A stretch of 64,000 nt of DNA from Eledone cirrhosa (lineage: Eukaryota), in assembly GCA_964016885.1 (NCBI GenBank), contig OZ024751.1:37572001-37636000 (forward strand), written 5' to 3'. The notes beneath the pieces are model-generated. The model was not told where the DNA came from, ran no database searches, and saw nothing but the letters and a program-made list of their open reading frames with translations. Both the position numbers and the translations under genes were made by a program. Shown piece by piece: positions 14,325-28,252 of the stretch. Positions within the stretch are counted from its first letter, which is position 1. Each line of letters starts with the position of its first letter.

Positions 14325-16224
14325 GATCATATATAAACACTCAAACCCTTACATTCTTACATATTACATCTCCCTTAAACTGTCATCCTATAATCTGTAA
14401 TACGATATATTATTGATGGTAGTTTTTCTTAAAGTTTATAATTATTCATTGACTTGTGTCTGTCTGCTTTGTATTTACGCACATCTTAATGAAGATATTA
14501 ACAGAACGAGGAAATTATCAAATACTTAAACAAACAACATTAATAAAATCTAAGCTTTACGTATATACAAGATGTATTACCCTGAATAAAAGATCCTTTG
14601 ATTCACAAAAGAATCACAAGAGAAAGAAAAATCTAAATATGAAATAAATTCTTGTAAATACATTGAAATGAAATAGGAAAGCTACTATGTGTTTTTGTCT
14701 CAGAATATTTAGAACAAAGAACATTATTTTTCTTAGCTTATAAATAAATTTAAATAAGTGGAATAATCAACATGTGTTTTGAAATGAGAAAATAAGACAA
14801 TAGGAAAATAACTGTAAGCCTGAAGCGGTTGGCTCTCACTATGTAATTAAATAAGAGAAAGCTTACAATTTTAACGATATTCATTTTAAACAACAGCGGT
14901 AACAAGTAAAATACATTACAGTCACAATAACAACGGGAAGAATAACATAACAAACAACAAGAACAAAAACATCTGAAACAATTGCGAAAATAACAATAGC
15001 AATATCTAGAACAACAACAAGAGAGTTATAATTCCTTGAAATGTAATTATATAGGAAGATGATGCGGTTGAATATGAGTATCATCACACCATCGAAGAGT
15101 GATATCCCAGCTTCGATACCACCATCACCATAAATATTGCCATAAATATGACCATACATCTTAATATATTTTCGTACCGGTGTTGATGATATTAATAATA
15201 ATCATCGTCATCATTACATCCATCATCATTATCAACTATAAATACGCCTATATCCTTAATTGCTTTCTGATAAGACTCGCTATGTTTAAGTATATTTACA
15301 CGTTTTGTCGTGTAACTATATTTACACGGTCTGCCTCGTAAGTATTCTAGTTTATCGCAATATTTTGCAGCCATATATATTTCTATCTTTCCTAAACTGA
15401 AGGAAATTGCTACAATCTATTTAATATCGTAAAGAGGCAAACGTGTAGAGCTAGCTTATAAAATATTCAGTTAACCCTCGCCCAAAGAACTGGTGATAGT
15501 TTATAGATGTATTCTGTGTTGAATTACCCTAGAATCATATTATATTACATATCTCAAACATCATATATTCTGGCGTTGACATATTTTTAAGTGCTACTTT
15601 TGCACATTATGATTTCACCATGTCGTGCTTAATAATATGAAGACTCTGATAAGAATATTATTAAGCACGGCTAACATTGACAAGATCTTTCAGCGATTAA
15701 AAAGAAAGTTATTTTGCTGGAACTATGTGTGATGTTGTTGTAGATATTTCACTAGGCAAGCATCAGCTGTAGAATGGTCTAAACATTGAAGATATAATAG
15801 ATAATCCTCCGTTATTTAATTATATTTCTACTAAGTATGCAAATCTAAAACATTCTTACATGTACACATATATAATAGCGTACCTGTTATTTTAGAGTGC
15901 ATCTGTTTCTAAATTAAAGTGAGTGTACTCAACCGATACACTGTAAATCATTTCCAAAATTCATGTGTTATACCTATGATGAACCTGATTATATTTTTGT
16001 CTAAGAAATTGAAATGCATAATCAAATGTTAATAATTAGGAAAAGGTGGCCTTGGGATTTGAGCTCTATACATCTTTTACCGTGATTCTCCTGTGGAATG
16101 GAAAACAAATTATATGGAATATGAATTCAATGAAAATATTCAGTTGGAAAAAAATTGAGTGAAATGAATTACATTTTAACATGGAATATTTTTTACTGGC
16201 GTTGCCAATGTGAATGTATCAGTG

Positions 16225-16310
<86 letters not shown>

Positions 16311-17731
16311 AAATAGAAAAAATAGTGTGAAGTACAGTTGCTGTTGGCTGCTTAGTTGGTGTCGTTAGCAACGTCTTTTCTCTCGTTATTATGAATAATT
16401 AATCAGTATCCAATGTAAATATAACCAACATAAATAACTTTTATATAAAAATAAAAATATTAAAGAATATGTAATATTTTCTGGCAATGAAATATGAGAA
16501 AATTTTACAACGTATATAAATCATTCAAAAATTTGGTGAAAATTATTTTGGAGTCAACTGACGTGACCAGGAATTTTAGGAATAGCGAATATAAAAAGTA
16601 CAAATCGTAACAAACCAACTGAAGCGTATATAGTGAACGTAAATAATTTCCAAATATAATATTTTTGAAACTTTCCCTCAAATCTGATAGTATCTTTCAG
16701 AAAAGATGTGTATATTATATATATATATATAGTCATGTCTTGGATCATCAAACTGTAATTTAAATATTTGTACCCTTGAAACTGTAGATGTTTAAGTGCT
16801 CTAAACACAACAGGTATAATGTCTATCTTGTTGTTTATATTCAACACTGAAGGATCATAAATATATTCTAACAGTATCCCATTGGAGGGAGAAAAATAAT
16901 AACATTTTGGCAATGTACTATAAACGTGTATATGCACAGATCTAACGTACGTAAAGTTTCGGATAAAGTATTATGACGTTTTTATGATCCACCACACGGA
17001 GTTTAGATTTCTGCAAAATGATATCCAATATAAAGATATAAAACATGTGTTCACTTATGACCTGTGAAATATGAAGGATATTTTCACGGTTTATATTTGC
17101 AGCCCTTTTTTAAAGATTGTATAGTTAAGTATATATGGATCAAACTTTGCATAAGGACTTTCATGTCTGGAATTATATAGACATTTTGGGGCTACTTCTT
17201 TTCACAGTAAATTCGCTGAACATTGCAGATATACTCTGGGGAGGCATATGGCTTAATGGTTAGGGGGTCGTCTCATGATTGTAATGTGGCTGTGAAATTG
17301 AGCAAACAGCTATAATCCACTCAAGAGGTAAAGATGGGTTGTATCAGAGGAATTAAAGGTCGGCTGAAAGTTTCCTTAGGCTGACTATGAAGTATTGATA
17401 CTAGAGAAGTGAATTCTTACATGCATTAATTCCAACTCTTCGTACTACCAACTTCATTTTTTCTTCTCAAGGACTATGTTTAAAGCTAACCTTGGCCAGC
17501 GTATAAACAATCCAGCTGACCCTCGTATATCTGGAATATATCGATGTACAGTTCTGATCTCCCTTGCGTAGTTAATATTTGAATATTTGAATATTTGAAT
17601 ATTTGCGTAGTTAATATTTGAATATTCTAAAAAACAATTCTGATCAGGCCATTACATAGATGGAGACTCGTTTGATTGAATTTGTTGTGTTAGCCGTATT
17701 TAGAACGCAATATTATAATTGTATGTATGTA

Positions 17732-17778
<47 letters not shown>

Positions 17779-17782
<4 letters not shown>

Positions 17783-17969
17783 CGAAGGAAATGTGGTAAG
17801 GAACCAGGTGGACCATAACGCACCAAAGTACTCAATACTTAGGGTAGTAGAGTGGGTAATAGGAACGAATAGGACCCCGACGGCTGAGCTCAGGCCGTTT
17901 CGACGGCTAATTCTGTCCAGAATTAGCCGTCGGAACGGCTTGAGCTCAGCCGTCGGGATCCTACTCGTT

Positions 17970-17974
<5 letters not shown>
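17779..17974 (-). mobile_element. Family C repeat with about 115-bp terminal fold-back palindrome, inside (TA)n
   Basis: Inverted arms span 17859-17974 with centre GCTAATTCTG-TC-CAGAATTAGC. Confidence 0.8.
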
Positions 17975-18014
<40 letters not shown>

Positions 18015-18436
18015 GTATGTGTGTGCGAATGTATGTGTGAATATACACTTATATATATATCCGGGAGAGATGACCCCTTAGCCTTTGTCAAGGCAGAATT
18101 CTAGGAGAAGAATATAGCACCTGCAACCCTGATGGTATCCAATGATGTTGACTTGTTCTTCTTGGTTAAGAGAGTGGGACTGGCTTTGTGCAGTGCCTTT
18201 GCTCACTATAAAAGCTTCACGGCACAGGCATTGCTTTATATCTGGAGATCTCTCTGCATTTGTCGTCACATGGTACCATGGGCCCAGCACTATGTGTCAG
18301 TAATTGTGTAGTCTTTGTACCAGAGTTTTCAAGTCGCTGGCTGAACTAAAAGTGACACTCGTTCAGCGCATCGGTAGGGGTTCTCCTACAGGGATATAAA
18401 GTAGTGGCCGTACTCGAAAATGAGTTGGCAGCCACC

Positions 18437-18472
<36 letters not shown>

Positions 18473-19109
18473 CTGTGTACGTATATATATATATGTGTGT
18501 GTGTACGTATATATATATATGTGTGTGTGTGTACGTATATATATATATATGTGTGTGTACGTATATATATATATATATATATTTGTGTGTGTATGTTTGT
18601 GTATGTTTGTGTGTCTATGTATATGTTGTACGCATGTATCTATGTATCCTCAACAACTACTTGAACATAATGATATTGCTCACTGTAGAATATCTAAAAC
18701 ATTTCCTGAAATTATTTTTTTCTAAATTACTATTTAAGTTTAATGATAATTACTTCGACAGCAGACTACTGATGAAACCGATCGTACGTCTGTATAGCTT
18801 TGAACGTCGACACGTTTTAATAATTTAGGAAGATGAAGATGTGATTTTCCTGTGCCATTCCAACAAACCTGACACACTCCCCCTAACCAGAGACATTCCA
18901 AACACTCCATACTTTCGTATGCAGACTATTCTCCTGACTTCATCTTGGAACCGACGCAGGGATATTTCTCAAATGGATTCCTATAAGAACCTATATACAT
19001 ATATATATTAGGAACGATCGACTTTCGTCAAATCGGACCGAGGAAACAATGTTTCCGTTGGTCTTTCCAATTATTAATACTATCTATCGGTCGCAACTCC
19101 AGGTAGAAG

Positions 19110-19228
19110 GAGCAACGTGAAATAAAGTGTCTTGCTCAAGGACATAACGCATCACCTGGTCCAGAAATCGAACTCACAACCTCAAGATTGTGAATCCAAT
19201 TCTGTAACCACTAAGCCACAGGCCTTCA
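19110..19228 (-). mobile_element. Second tRNA-derived SINE family, 5' portion
   Basis: Minus strand has A box TGGCTTAGTGG, B box GAGTTCGATTTC, then GTCCTTGAGCAAGACACTTTATTTCAC. Related copies near 17238-17340, 21475-21610, 62992-63220 and 63790-64000. Confidence 0.8.
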
Positions 19229-19312
19229 CCCCACTCAGCCACATATATATTACTTTAGTCCAGAAATAGCCGCCGAAACGGCTTGAGTTCTGCCGTCGGA
19301 GTCATACTCTCT

Positions 19313-19443
<131 letters not shown>

Positions 19444-19454
19444 ATATATATATA

Positions 19455-19641
19455 CGTTATTCCAGGTTGAATCGGAGGTAACCACAGTAAGTAAGGTACT
19501 CAATACATTGCAGAGTATAAAAGTTTTAATATAGATGAGATTCTACAGGACTAGAACTGCTTCATACTTTAGAAATCATCAGGAATCCCTGATGATTTCT
19601 AAAGAATGAAACAGTTCTAGTCCTGTAGAATCTCATCTATA
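19455..19641. mobile_element. Family B repeat ending in an inverted pair of hammerhead motifs
   Basis: Homologous to 46050-46232. Palindrome 19530-19641; plus arm CUGAUGA-UUUC(UAAA)GAAU-GAAA-CAG(UUCUAGUC)CUG-UA|GAAUC. Confidence 0.8.
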
Positions 19642-19958
19642 TATATATATATATATATATATCACTGTGTGATTTAATATACATGTTTGCAAATATTAAT
19701 AGTCCTGTAGAGAAATTATTTGTAATAATTTCGATGGGTCATGAACCATTCCTCCTGGTGTTATTGTTCATGTTACTTTAATATAAATGATTGCGTAGGT
19801 GGCTAAAATATTACAATTGCTATTGATGGTGATGTTTTCTTTAATTTCGAGTTGTTTGCACTGGCAATGGAGATGAAGTCGTATAACGATAGTTATTTTA
19901 ATGTTGCAGTTAAATAGCCATGATTTGGATAGTGTGAAATCACTATATATATATATAA

Positions 19959-20003
<45 letters not shown>

Positions 20004-22087
20004 ATTATATATATATATATATATATATATACATAGCACTTATGTGTGTTTGTAAGTATATGTATATATCATTCATTTTTTTGTATTAACGATGATGATG
20101 ATGATATTGTTTGCGATGTTGTCTAGTAGCGAAAGTGGCAGTGAAGTATTGTTGTCATAATAGCGATATTTGTTCCGGTGGAGGTACAGCTGGCTGGCTG
20201 TTTTCAAAAATCTAATCGCTAGTAGGAATGCTGAATCACTCACGCTGGAACCTCAATTAATCAATTAATTAATGGTACATTTCATATCTTAATTAGACTA
20301 ACCTAGATAAGAGGAAGTAGAGAAATATAAACGAAACAGAAAAATATAACTATATACTAAACAGCAAACGAGGTAGCGTCTACTTTAACAATATCAACTG
20401 AGAACAATAGCAACAACGATATTAGAATTAACATGATAGCAAACAATGCTAATAACTAACAAAAACAACAAACATAACAAGATCAACTGTTGTAGTAAAC
20501 ACAATAATGACAGTAACAATAACAACAGCAAAATATTAGGATTAAACACAAAAAGAACAACAGTAGTAAGAGCAACACGATAAGAAGACAAAAAAGCACA
20601 GGATGTATAAAAATAACAAAGCCATCACTATCAAAATAAACAATTAAGGCAGGGAAATATTACAGGAATAAAACAATATACACAAATAAACTGCAAGATC
20701 AACATTGGCAAATATTACAACAAAAAGCAATGATAATAAATTAAGGCAAATTTCTAGCAACAAAAAGATAGGTTAATAACTATTTCTAGCATAGGCACAC
20801 ATCCAGTAACGTGGGAGAGCGGTAAGTTGATTACATTCACCATAGTACTTGTCTGGTGATTTGTTTATCGAGCCTGGAATAAGTGTGTGTATCACTAACC
20901 TCAGAAGTATTTGAAACCAGTATGTATTGGGTCGTGACGAATAACTGCAAGACGCATTAACGAATCTGCTAATCAAATGCCTTAACAGAAACATAACAGG
21001 CAGAAATACTATTAAAAGCAACTGGTTTAATATTACAAACCAACGAAATTTCTGTAGTAATTCTATGAACAGCCAACTATCCTTGAATTACAGTGAACTG
21101 TTTTTAAAATCCAACAACAACGTGATGTTGAATGGTGTAGTAGTAGATATATTATAAGATCTCGAAAGAGGTCATAATCACGCCAAAATCACATTTAATT
21201 ATAGGTCTACGTCTTGACAAGGGTTAAAGTAGGCTTATACAGTAACATGCACTACATTCAATACAGAAAGCCTACATTAGACGAAACAAATCATCTATCG
21301 GCAGCTGTGTGAGATTTAAAGTGCAGCATGTGATATTGCTGTTAGTAGTGGCGATAAAGTTATTTATATGTTTGTGTTATATAAATACCATGGAATTAGT
21401 TTTAATGATAGTAGTGTTGCTGAAGTATTATATACTAATGGCTATGGTATTGAGTGTGTTTATTATCGTGTTGGAAAGGCATTTAGATTAGTGCTGAAGT
21501 TGTTAGTTTCACATCACAAGATTGTGAGTTCGATTTCCAACCAGCTGATGCGATATATCTCTGAGCAAGAAATTTTCTTTCTCGTTTCTCCATTCCAACT
21601 GGAATAAATGATTTAGAATTGTAATTACAAATTGACAATAAAGACATTACGTGCCAGACGCTATGTTAAGCTAAACCTCACTCATAATTACATCCAAACC
21701 ACATATGCTTCTGATATGCTCATATATTTGTATTTTACGTTAACGAGAATGTTGTTCCGTTTTGCAAACAAATCATCATCGATATCAAAAAGAGATCCAG
21801 TATATTATTGCTTTTACTGTGTAGCCCTAGGTCATGCTCAATCAAGCAGATCTATGATGAAAGATATTTCAGTGGTAGCAGTACAATTTCAAGGGTCACA
21901 GACTAACACAGTCCAACGCGAAATAAAAAAAATTAAAAAAATGCCTACTCGTGCATGTGGTCAGGCATATCATAAACACGTATAAACATAACATTCTCAG
22001 GGAGATTCAGCTTGACAGTGTGTGACAAAGGTGTCTCTTTGAATTGCAGATATAGTCAATCGGACTATCAAATGTGAATCATAAAGC

Positions 22088-22258
22088 ATGATTGAGCGGG
22101 AGCTAGGATTGAGCCGAAGTTATGATTGAGCCGAATCATTATCGAGCCAAAGTTATGATTGAGTCGAATCATGATTGAGCCGAAACTATGATTGAGTCGA
22201 ATCATGATTGAGCCAACTCATAATTGAGCTGAAGTTATGATTGAGCCGACGCTATGAT
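22088..22258. repeat. Minisatellite of about ten 16/17-bp units ATGATTGAGCCGAA(GTT/TC)
   Basis: Direct reading; 17- and 16-bp units largely alternate; no unique spacers. Confidence 0.9.
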
Positions 22259-23245
22259 AAATAACACTGGCCCAGGTTGTTATGTTGCTGCTTCTAAGAG
22301 GGAACCTAATGATTATGGAGAGAACTCATTAACTAACCATTCAGCCATACTGTGTTCACATATCCAACATGTTTTTCTTTCTGTATTCAAGACAATGGAG
22401 TGTGACTTGAAAACAGTTTCGCTGGTATTTGTGGAAGGTTGAATGATATCATAAAGACTTCTGTGATATTAGAACCAGTGGTCGTCATGGAGGTTTTTGA
22501 TGTTTTACTTGATCTCAGCGTTTCTATTTGTGTTGCAGGACATGCTTGAGCAATTAGATCATGTCTCCAAATACATCCACTTCTCTATCGATTATATGAC
22601 GTCATTGGGGACATGTTTGACATCTAACTGCTTTGAGTGGGTGGTAATTGCTCCATTAAATCTCGCTGCGTTCGTTATTATTGCCGCTGCTGTTGGTAAT
22701 GAAGACAAAGTTAGATGCGTCCTTGAAAGAGACATTGATCTCTGCTGGTCCGTTTGGTCAGGTTTGATCGACTAAACACGTAACTGTGAGTTAACGAATC
22801 AAAGCTGCTTTGTTCGGGATATTTTTATAAAGGGAGGACTTGTTTATGACTGATACTGTCTCAGGATATTAATACTATGAAAAACTACCCCCAAATCCAT
22901 ACCAAATCTATTGGAATCAACGATGATAATACATTTATACACACATATAAACGAGAATTACATGTTAATTTAATTATTTATATAATGGTTTCTAATTTAG
23001 GCACGAGTTCAGTAATTTGAGGTTTGATGTGAGTCGATTATATCGACCCAGTATTTGACACGTACTTTATTTTATCGAATACGGGTGGAGGACAGGAAAA
23101 GATGACCTCGCCTTTCATCGTTCCAGGGTGAATAAAATTCGTTTCGGTTCTCTGCACTCTGAGGGAGCTAGAGAGGGCAAGAACTAGAGGGAGCAAGAGA
23201 GGGAGCAAGAGAGAGAGAGAGAGAGAGAGGACGAGAGAGGGCGAA

Positions 23246-23287
<42 letters not shown>

Positions 23288-23885
23288 AGCTAGAGAGAGA
23301 GGAGGAGCTAGACAAAGAGAGATAGTGGGAGGCAAAGTGATACAGAAGATGGATCTACAACACTACGCTAGTAATTTATTAGCTTCGAAAGGTAAAAATA
23401 ACCTTCTGAGATTTTCCCACCGAATGAAGAAACCAGGAAGAAATAACACAAATTATTCTATCTAACGTATTAACGAATCTGCCAAATCACCACCGCTCAG
23501 TTGTTCCACATATTGAGAAAAAATTATTATCGACTACAAGAACTGCTAAGTTGATAGACATGTTTTCGTGATAGACGTTTATAATAATATTTAGACAGTC
23601 TGCCTTTCTGTTCAGCAGTATGTTACCAGAGTAATTATTTTTACTACCGCTTTTTAGTTGGTATAACATGCTGATAGCATAGCGTTTACGATATATTGAT
23701 TTCTAAAGTATGTTAGTAGTTTTTGGTTAAATTGTTTTAGTGAGAAGATAAACAGTCTGCTTTGTTTAAAACAGGTTTCTACTTTTTCATCTCGGTAAAT
23801 TGTTGTAGATTTATATATGAGTATTTTTTAGATATGGGTTATACATACATACATACACACAGACACACACGCATCACGCACACAC

Positions 23886-23980
<95 letters not shown>

Positions 23981-24665
23981 CATATACATATATATATATA
24001 TATGTATGTATATGCTCTCTCTCTCTCATAGTTTTATAAGTCTTTCGTATTGTTTTCAATTATGGTATGTGTGCTTTTATTTTCGAACTGTAGAATGAAC
24101 GTTTTAATGTATTTCTTATTTAGTTGGTCTTCCATATAATTTTCTCGGCTACAGATACGTCTTCACCATTTATAAGTTGATCATGCTACGTTAGCAGTTA
24201 TTTTCACTCTTAGTATTATAATTGAGTTAGTCTGTTAATAGTATTATTGGTAATTTTTCACAGGAAAGTTTCACATATGTTGTCTTGCATAAACTGAGTA
24301 GGTTGTCATTAGCTGGCCAATTGGGAGATATTCTGTAAAGTATATTTTGCTATTCGTGTTAGCATTCATAGATGCTTACTTATAAAGATATACTGTAAAC
24401 TCTGGTCCTCCATATACTTTCGATTGCTAGAATCGTTCCTATGTGCATACATAAATAAACACATTTTTAATACAATATGTTCTTGATATTCCAATTATGT
24501 AGATTCCTGTAATAATTACATTACTGTAATCAGTTATATCATATTCAAACTATTAACTCTTGTTCGACTAATTGCTACGACAAATGTTACTTATTGCACA
24601 TAAATATTATTGTGATTTCGTATCACTAGAAATATATTAAAGTGACTAAGTTAATCATCATTGTT

Positions 24666-24696
<31 letters not shown>

Positions 24697-24901
24697 CCAT
24701 CATCATACTTAACTATTCCACTCCTATCAACATCATCGTGATCCACAAGAACAGTATTATAATTCTGGTTTCAAATGTTAATCTCGAATACATTTACTAT
24801 TTTCGTTTCATTATTTTACGATTGGAAGTACTTTTAATCACTACCGTTAATATTATTCTCGTCATTATTAACATTAATATCATTATTATTATTATTATTA
24901 T

Positions 24902-26908
24902 TGTTGTTCTTTGAGTCTCAGTCATTGATGTTAGTTAACTGGAAAGTTTGTTGAAATGAATATCAAGCCACTACCTGCAACTTCAGATATTCAGGACGTA
25001 TCGGAGGGTTCTTGCTGTTCCCAGCAAGCATGCCTTTTGAAGCGTTCCAAAAAGCGTGGCGGCGCCAATTTTCTTTAACCATCCCTAGAAACTTTTTGAG
25101 ATAGTACCTAGTGCGCCTATGACAATCGGGACCACTTTGACTTCATGGCAGTTCCAAATCCATTTTACCTCCCACTTTAAGTCCTGATATCGGTTAATTT
25201 TCTCCCTCTCCTTCTCTTGCACTCTCGTGTGGAATGGACAGGCCCATCCACAATGAGGCACGATCTTTTTTCCTTGTCCAAAACCACCAGGTCAGGTCTA
25301 TTGTATTCCAGTTTCTTGTCCGTCTGTATCCTAAAATCCCACAGCACCTTCTCCTGATCGTTTTCTATCACCGACTCTGGCTTATGCTCATACCACTTCT
25401 CAGAATGTGGTAAATTGTTTACCTTGCATAGGTGCCAGTGGATCACCCTGCCCATCACATCATGTCTCCAGTCCTTATAGTGAGTCTGGGCTAGGATACA
25501 ATGTGAGCAACAGTCTCCTCTCTCTCTCTCTCCACAGATCCTGCACAATGGGCTAGCCTCTTCGTTGTAAATATGGTGTTTCAACGACTTCGTTTTGAGG
25601 GCCTGCTCTTGCGCAGCCATTAGCATTCCTTCTGTAGCATTTTTAAGGTCTCCTCTTTTCAACCAGTTCCATGTCTGTGGATCTATGAATTCAGTTTTCT
25701 CAAAGAAGGTAATATGTAGGGATTTTTCATGAAGGGTGCTCTTTCTCATTGTTGTTATTTCCTCCTTGGACATCCCCTGGTCTATTGTCTTCTCCTTCAG
25801 TACAATTCTAAGCATTGGCTCCTTACTATCAGTCACGTATTTGTGTATGTTGTTTTTCTAAATCTGAACACAGTCCTCTATGCTGATAAGACCTCTTCCA
25901 CCCTCAGATCTCCTCAAGTAGAGTCTATCGACATCACTCCTCTTGTGGGACATGTTTTATATAGTCAATAGATTCCTAGTCTTCCTATCCATTTCTTTTT
26001 GTTCAGCAACATTCCATCTCAGAATTCCCGCACTGTACCTAATAATAGACACAGCTCGGGAATTTACTGCACTTATGGCATTCCTACTGTTCAGATGTGA
26101 CCTTAATACGCTCCTTACTCTCCGAATGTATTCAGATCTTATCAATTCCTTCATTTTTCTTCTTCTTGATGTCATCAGCCTCCAGAACACCCAAATACTT
26201 GAATCCTTCTTCAGTGTCAATTTCCTTTATCATCTCACCTGTTGGTACCTGGATTCCGTTGCTTCTGCTCAATGTACCCCTCTTCATCACAAGGACTCCA
26301 CACTTACTAATACCAAGTTACATACATATATCATTGCTGAAAATACGGACAGTGTCAACAAGCACATCCAACTCCTTCTCACTCTCTCCGAAGAGCTTAA
26401 GATCGTCCATGAAGAGGAGGTGATTGATGGTAAGCTCTCCCTTTCCCAACTTGTATCCTGCTGTCACTTTTCGCAGTATAATGGTCAGGGGCATCAGGGC
26501 AAGGACAAACAACAGAAGGGACAGACTATCTCCCTGGAAGATACCTCTCTTGATCTTTACGCCTCCCATAGATTCTCCAGCTGATGTTAACAGTTTTCCA
26601 GGACTTCATACTTTTGCCCAACAACTGTCTGATGTTATCTGCCACCTTGAAGATCTCTAGGCTTTTGGTGATCCAAGAATGAGGCACCATGTCAAATGCC
26701 TTTTTGTAGTCTATCCATCCCATGGCAAGACCAGTGTGTCTCCTCTTGCAATTCCTCATTACCATCTTATCAATAAGTAACTGGTCCTTTGTACCACGGG
26801 ACTTCTTTCGGCATCCTTTCTGTTCGTCCGGTAACAAGTTGTTTGTGTGGAGGTGATGGTAGATTTCCTCAGACATAATGCTTGTCAACAGTTTCCACAT
26901 TACGGACA
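24902..26908 (-). mobile_element. 5'-truncated R4/Dong-clade non-LTR retrotransposon (RT + zinc knuckle + restriction-like endonuclease), frameshifted
   Basis: Motifs [78 protein letters not shown]; stop at 24983; short 3' UTR; (TAA)n on both flanks. Confidence 0.93.
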
Positions 26909-26944
<36 letters not shown>

Positions 26945-27369
26945 TGAATCCAATCACCGTATTACATAATTATTTTATTATCACATTTATATTATCGTTA
27001 TTATATGTTTATTCACGTCATTTTTATAGTCGTTTTATCATTTCACACAAATGACTAATTTGACAAGGAAATTCTTTCCACACGTTAAACCAGCAAGTTA
27101 TATTTGGCGAGGTGGAATACCGAAACAAATAGAGGAAACAAAGAAAAAAATATATTGGAGAAATTGTTTATGATTTCTCTTAAATCTTCACTTTTGGATT
27201 ATTTATAATTTTAGTTAAATGATTATTTTTTGGTTACGGTTATAATTCTTATACCAAATAATAATTGCATTGACTCCATCATCAATACCAACATTGGAAG
27301 CATGCATTACTGACAACAACCTCGCTATTAATTTTAGCAAATTATTCATCACAATCATATACATCATTT

Positions 27370-27820
27370 TACATCACAATCATCATCATCATCATCATCA
27401 TCATGCTCTATATCAAAGTCAACATTCATTATCAAAGTCAACATTCCACATCAGTTTCATCATCATCATCGTTATCACAATTGCTATCATCCTCTACATC
27501 AACTTTTATAATCATTATCATCATCATCATCATCATCGACATGGATATAGCTAATGTTTTCATCGTCAACACCAGTCTCTTCATCTACAACATTTCAAAT
27601 GTTTATGCTAAATAACATCATCATCATGCTCCACAGCGAACAATGTCACCATCCATCTTTCATTAGCCACACCATCATTATCATATAGCTCATAGTCAGC
27701 ATCAACTACGTTCATCATCATCATTACCGATACCAATATGTCTCGCAACTAACACCAACACGACGACAACCCCCCACCACCACCACCACCATCATCATCA
27801 TCGCCATCATCTTCATCATC
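27370..27820. repeat. Degenerate (CAT)n/(CAC)n trinucleotide region
   Basis: Direct reading. Confidence 0.85.
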
Positions 27821-27958
27821 CAATTATAATTCTAATAATTATCAATGTTATATTTGTTTAATTATTTCAGCCATATGTCAGTTTCACAGTATTATCATTG
27901 GCTCAAGATTTCAGGCAAATTTACATAATGTCTTTAAGGCTGAACAGATTATTTTATA

Positions 27959-28007
<49 letters not shown>

Positions 28008-28176
28008 ATAATTCTATATATAATTCGAATTTACAATTAAATTTGACTTCTTTGCAATCTATTAATCTGGATTGGATTTCAATGGCAAACAAACAAAATA
28101 TACACAAACACCAAAAGCAAAGCATACTTGTGTAATCTGTAAAATAATAGTGCAACGAAAATCAACCATATATGCG

Positions 28177-28252
<76 letters not shown>

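Noticed and set aside
16554-16937. ORF with LRR-like stretch LNINNKIDIIPVVFRALKHL
   Set aside because: Spacing is one residue off the LRR consensus, it is a single repeat, the donor is weak and the ORF crosses a TA tract.
18060-18435. GC-elevated island, possibly a decayed Tx1 LINE
   Set aside because: Only faint motif similarity; needs BLASTX.
22088-22258. CRISPR-like array
   Set aside because: No unique spacers, no cas genes, eukaryotic context.
22497-22775. 92-aa ORF with acceptor-like TGTTGCAG
   Set aside because: No recognisable family; the minus strand hints at a decayed LINE (YL/GDMI); cannot be resolved by eye.
25943-26584. 213-aa plus-strand ORF
   Set aside because: Antisense shadow of the R4/Dong RT.
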